Of a DNA stretch of 64,000 bases, positions 59,088-64,000 are shown piece by piece. Made by a program: the position numbers and the translations under genes. The notes beneath the pieces are model-generated. The model was not told the origin of the DNA. It ran no database searches and was given only the letters and a program-made list of their open reading frames with translations. The stretch comes from an uncultured Verrucomicrobiae bacterium (GTDB taxonomy: Bacteria; Verrucomicrobiota; Verrucomicrobiia; Limisphaerales; Palsa-1400): assembly GCA_963702845.1 (NCBI GenBank), contig OY969763.1, forward strand, positions 3,136,001-3,200,000, given 5' to 3'. Every line of letters begins with the position of its first letter. Position 1 is the first letter of the stretch.

Positions 59088-62000
59088 TTACGGGTGGTTC
59101 GAGAACACAGCCGTATTGGTCCGTCCAGGAGTCATGGTGAAGGTCAACGGATTGGCCAGTTGATCAGCCAATGGGCCAGTGCTGTCTGACACGGTCCATT
59201 TCTGGAAGGTAACGAGGTGACCGATTGGCGTGGCCTTTATTGTGTAATTGTGGCCCACCGCCAGCACTGCTGTGTTCGTCGGGTTGCCCCAGTTCTTCGT
59301 GGTCGTGTCAGTCACCGAGGTGATATTGCCAGTTCCACTCTTCGCCAAGGTCAGCGCTTGCGGATTGGCAATGAAGAACACTTTGGTGCCCTTCGCGGTA
59401 TTGGTCGTGTTACCGTCCGAGTCAGTCGCCAAACCCCAGAAGATGTTGGTTCCATCTACCAGGCTCACGTGCGAGAGGAAGAACGCCGGCTTGCCAGCCG
59501 AGGTGTTCGTTCCCGTCAGATCGGTTATCTTCTTCACGAATGTCGCCGGGAACACCGCCTGATTGACGGAGTTGCTGACCCAGGCTGAGACGATTAGACC
59601 TTTATCCACTGCCTTGCCGATGAAGTCGACATCAGGCGCGTGATTGGTTCCGGTCGCATCGAGTGGGACGTCGTTGGTCGTCAACGCGTGTTTGGCCGCC
59701 ATGTCTGTCGGCTTCAACAAGAGCACCACTTTGGGAACTTCGGTGTCTAGAGTGACGGACAGCGTCATGCTGGCCGAGCCAACCGTCGGCGAGTTGTTGC
59801 TCACCGAGCAGGAGTAAACCGCAGCATCAGGAGGGTTCTGAACGTTCACCAGCGAGTAGGTCGAGGTGGTTGCACCAAGGATGGCGTTTCCATCCTTCTT
59901 CCATTGATAGCTCAAGGTCTGCCCAACTGCGCCCTTGGTCACTTTGGCAACGATGGTGTAATTGAAACCAGCCAGCAATGTCTTGGTTGGCGGAGCGATT
60001 ACTACCGTCGGTGCATCGTAAACAGTCAGCGTTCCATTGGCGCTCTGCGCACCAAGGTGGAGGGTGGTGTTGGTGACAACACAGTAGTAGGAGCCGTTAT
60101 TGGCCGGGCCAGCTACGTTGTTGATGATAAGCGTGGCGTTGGTCACAGACGGGACTGTCGCGCTCTTGACCATCTTCTTGGGAGTCGTGGTGCCAGTCTT
60201 GATGAAGTACCATTGATAGCCGAACGGTCCAGTTCCGCCAGCAACGATGCTGTTTGTCGCAGAGGCCTTGGTGGTGACGACCAGGTTGACCGGTTGCACA
60301 ACAACGCTAACGAACGGCGCACAGGAGGCGACAGTTACGACGCGAATCGCGGTCGAAACGTTGGCACCATCGGTTGCCGAGTAGGTCAGCGTATAGGAAC
60401 CAGCAGTGGTGGTGTCAACAATACCGGAGACAGTCGGAGTGATCGGGCCCAGGCAAGCGTCGTTCGCTGTGGCTCCCGGATCAGCGTAAACGCCACCGTT
60501 GAGGCATGCTGAATCGGGGCTGCTGCCGAGGACTGTGATCACAGGCGCTGTCGTGTCAGCGACGTTGACCACGCGGGTCGCGGTGCTGGTCGTGGCGGAG
60601 GCTGTGTCGGTCGCACTGTAGGTCAGCGTGTAGCTGCCAACCGCGTTCGCGTTGACGGAGCCTGAGGTCGAAACGCTGAGCGAGTTGCCGCAAGAATCAA
60701 CGGCGGTCGCACCTGCTTCGGTATATGTGCCATGGCACTCAACAGGCGTCGGGTCAACTCCCAACACGGTGATCACAGCCGAAGAGGCGGTGACGTTGAA
60801 GGTCTGCGTCACGCTTGCGGCCGCGCTATAGGTTGCATTGCCGGCCTGGCTGGCGCGAACGGTGACTGCACCTGTGCCAGTGATATGAACGAGACCGCCG
60901 ACGATGGTAGCGTTGCCGCTATCAATCGAGTAGCTCACAGCAAGGCTGGAGCTGGCAGTTGCACCGGGGTCGAAATCACCGGCGCAATTGAATTTATCAG
61001 CAATGGCGCCGAAGGTAATCGTCTGGCTGGTGCCAGGGGCTGTGCGGATACCAGCGAAGGTGCCGCCGACCGCGGTTGCGATCGTGCTGATTGAGGAGTT
61101 CGCGCCCGTATCAACAACTTTGACGATGTCGTTTGCGTTGTGGACAAAGTTGTCGCCGTTGGTTGCGCCGCCGATTGAGGTTGTCGCATAGACGACCGGG
61201 TTCGCACCATTCCAATCAACGGTCAAACCACGTGAGGCTTGTCCGATACGATAGCTGTAGCTCCAAACGCCACCGGATTTGTCGTAACGTTGGATACCAC
61301 CGATGTCAGGAGCTGAGAAGCCCTGGTCGTCGGAGACATATGCAACCGTTCCAGCCGGATTGACAGCGAAGTCATACAGACCGAAGTCGTTTTGGTTGGT
61401 GGGGCCAACAGGCAGATACCAACCGGTCGTGGTGACTGTCGTGCCGGTGAGCGGCAATCCAGTCAACTTGTAAACACCGTTGCTGCCGTTAGGAGCCGTG
61501 CCAAACACGGTGCTGCTGGAGAACATCAGGTCGCCATTGACAGGTTGCACGACGCGCAGGTTGAAAATGCTCGGGCAAATCTGCACACCGTTGGGGTTGC
61601 CACTGAGGTAGGCTTCAATGCCTGCCGTCGCACCTGCGGTCCAGAAGTTACCGAGACCGTCGCCAGCCGCGGAGCGGATGTTGGTGCCGCTGTGGTTGGT
61701 GCCTCTGGCAGCCAAGGTGTAGTTACCAAGCTTGTCGAGTGTGCCAACGCCGCGGTTAACCGCAATGCCGGTGGAGGTGGCAAGCGTCGGAGCTCCGGAC
61801 AACGCGGTGGCGTAACCGGCGAACACGAGTGAATTGCCGTCAGCAGCTTTGGTCAGCCAGCCTTCGCTCGGGGTGTTACCCGCTTGAATGAGGGAATCAA
61901 CGCCGCTGTTCGGCACTTGATAGCAGCTCACGAGCGAACCAGAAGGCGTGTATTGCAGCAGGAACAATGTGTTGCCGTTTGCGCTACCTACTTCGAGACC

Positions 62001-64000
62001 ATCGCCGCGTTGCAGAACAACGAGGTTGGTTGCGCTAATGGCCTGAGGCGTGGTTTGAGCGATAGCGATTGTTGCAGGGATCGTCGGGCTGGAGCCGAAG
62101 TCGCTGTTCAAGGCGACGGAATATTCACCGGCGTCACTGGCGTCAGCGGAGGTGATACTCAGGGTCGACGTCGTCGAGCCAGAGATGCGGCCGCCGTCGC
62201 TCAGAGGATTGCCGTTCTTGCTCCAGGCGAAGGTCATGCCTGTGCCAGCAGCGGAGACGCTGACAGTCAGAGTCGTGCCTGCAACCACGATGTGGCTGGC
62301 CGGTTGAATCGTAACGACAGGATCGTAGACGAACAAGACAGCTTGATAGGTCGGACCTGAATCGGTCGAACCACCGGCGTTGCTGACGACGCAATGATAC
62401 GAACCGTCGTCGCCACCGAGAACTCCAGCCAGGGTAAGGATGGAAGTCGTCGCACCAGCAACGGTCGCGCCGTTGAGATGGGAGCCATTGGACAGGTTGG
62501 CCGCGCCGTGTTTCCATTGATAGGTCAACACGCCGCTGTCATCGGTTGCACCGATGGCGATGCTGCGTGTGCTACCGGCGTTGTTAGTGACGGTACCGGA
62601 GGGGTTGATCACAGTGATGCTTGGCGCAGCCGGTGTATTCACTGTGATACTGCCCGCGCTGCTGGTTCCACCGAAACCGTTGGTGATACCAACGTAGTAG
62701 TTACCAGTGTCACCGATGACAACGCCAGTGATGGTCAATGTAGAGGTGTCGCCACCAGGGTTGGTGGAGATCGCATAACGACCGCCAGCGCTGATCGGAC
62801 CGCTTGGACCAGCCCATGAGAAGGTATAGGGCGATGTTCCGGTGACGGTGACAGACATGCTGACCGTTTGTCCGGCGAAGCTTGGGTCGTGGTCAGGTGT
62901 GACATCAAAGAACACTGTGGGCGGCTGGCCTGCAGGATTAACTGTCAGGGTCGCGCTCGCGCTAGCCGCACTGCCTTGAGCATTGCTGACTTCGCAGTGG
63001 ATTTGCGTATTATTGTCGCCCAACTGAGCATTGCTGAAGGTATACGAGTCAGTAAGGATACCGGGCGTATGAGTCGCGAGGGTGGCACCGAGACCGTTTT
63101 TCCAGACGTAAGTTAAACCGCTCGTGCTGGTTCCCGATGCCAGGGTAATACTGAACGCGGCATCGTTACCTTCCGTAACAGCAGTCGCTTGAGGCTGGAC
63201 TGTGACGACCGGTGCGCCGAACGGAGCGAACTTGATTCCGTGGAAGGAATAGAAGCTTCCTGCCGTCGCGATGGTCGTGCCGACCGCGCTCGATCCGGTA
63301 TCGATAATCTTCACGATCGAGTTGTTGACGTTGTTCGCGCCGCCGTCATTAACTGTGCAATATAGGATTGGATTTGCTCCGCTGTAGTCCACAGCCATAT
63401 CGAACGGTCCAATGTTCGTGCTGATGGTGTTGGTCAACGCATATTGGAAAGTCCAGGCGCCGCCGGATTTGGTGTATTTACGAGCGCCACCTGTGCTGGT
63501 GCCGACTGCGTTAGCGTCACCCATATAGATGGTGTTGCCGTCCGGGCTCATCGACAGACCCCATGGGCTGCCGCCGGTATTGGTAGCCATCAAGGTCGCG
63601 GCCGAAGTGGTGGTCGGAAGACCCGAGAATTGCAGCGCGCCAGTACCCGCTCGAGGCACTGCTTCTCCACAGATTACCGTCAGGCATCACATAGCAACCG
63701 CGGGAGTTAATTGCATCAACCGCCACGCCGGTGTTCATGTAGCAGGTGCCGGTGGCGAGGGTCGCCCAGAAATTACCGGAATTATCACCAGTGCCGCCAC
63801 GGATGTTGCTGGCCTGGCCAGCAGTCAAAGTATATTGGATGCTGAAATTACCAGCGGAGTCGAGGGTCGCAATACTGCGGCGACCATTTGCCGCCGTGGA
63901 GGCAGCGACGTTGGTCACGGACAATGCGTTCGCGTTGTATCCGACGATGACCAACTTATTGGTATCGGGGGTGGTGGAGATCCAGCCTTCACCGAAAGCC
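59088..64000 (-). CDS. Giant surface protein with repeated propeller-like domains, Ig (I-set-like) domains and DUF5011-like repeats; frameshift near 63660; 5' end outside the window
   Basis: QP...YQWxK...DxGxY Ig units; DTTAPVITVLG...GSYTLTYSATD repeats; ORF 63517-63954 repeats the EGW...NIR..GDx.GNFW unit. Confidence 0.85.

Noticed and set aside
15790..63670. Six frameshifts (~15800, ~24700, ~40038, ~56965, ~57410, ~63660) as programmed frameshifting or phase variation
   Set aside because: No slippery heptamer or long homopolymer at the sites, and both sides of each gene look intact. Sequencing/consensus indels are the simplest explanation; read pileups would decide.
1..64000. CRISPR array, tRNA or rRNA
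   Set aside because: No regularly spaced identical repeats with unique spacers and no recognisable tRNA or rRNA sequence was seen.

Overview
Bacterial chromosomal window, most likely Verrucomicrobiota of the Pedosphaera-like/subdivision 3 type. This is inferred from a VPDSG-type PEP-CTERM protein, a PVC-type CxxCH dehydrogenase, ECF sigma/Ser-Thr kinase pairs and large Ig-repeat exoproteins. The left 16 kb holds two adjacent ECF-sigma/Hanks-kinase modules, each with its own exactly spaced bipartite motif in front of the kinase and neighbouring secreted or membrane genes: TTGCCC-N17-CGCATT (4 copies) and TGTAAC-N16-TTTATA (3 copies). The second module is bracketed by a perfect 117-bp direct repeat. 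The middle carries signalling, carbohydrate-active and housekeeping genes: a PAS histidine kinase, a sigma54-driven VPDSG-CTERM gene, a DA1-like peptidase, a SWIM/DUF6493 pair, two glycoside hydrolases with a shared leader, a mini-kinase/PP2C pair, GSII and a TrhO-RluA fusion. Intergenic DNA is a mosaic of dispersed repeats: a REP-like family tied to an IS200-type TnpA, a spacing-conserved CCGTCAGG element, TIR-like 60-mers, GGA-rich 36-mers, attC-like sites and duplicated gene fragments, several of which bracket single genes. The right end encodes two giant secreted proteins. Six apparent single frameshifts probably reflect sequencing or consensus errors. No rRNA, tRNA or CRISPR array was seen. 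All family assignments are from motif recognition by eye, without database searches.
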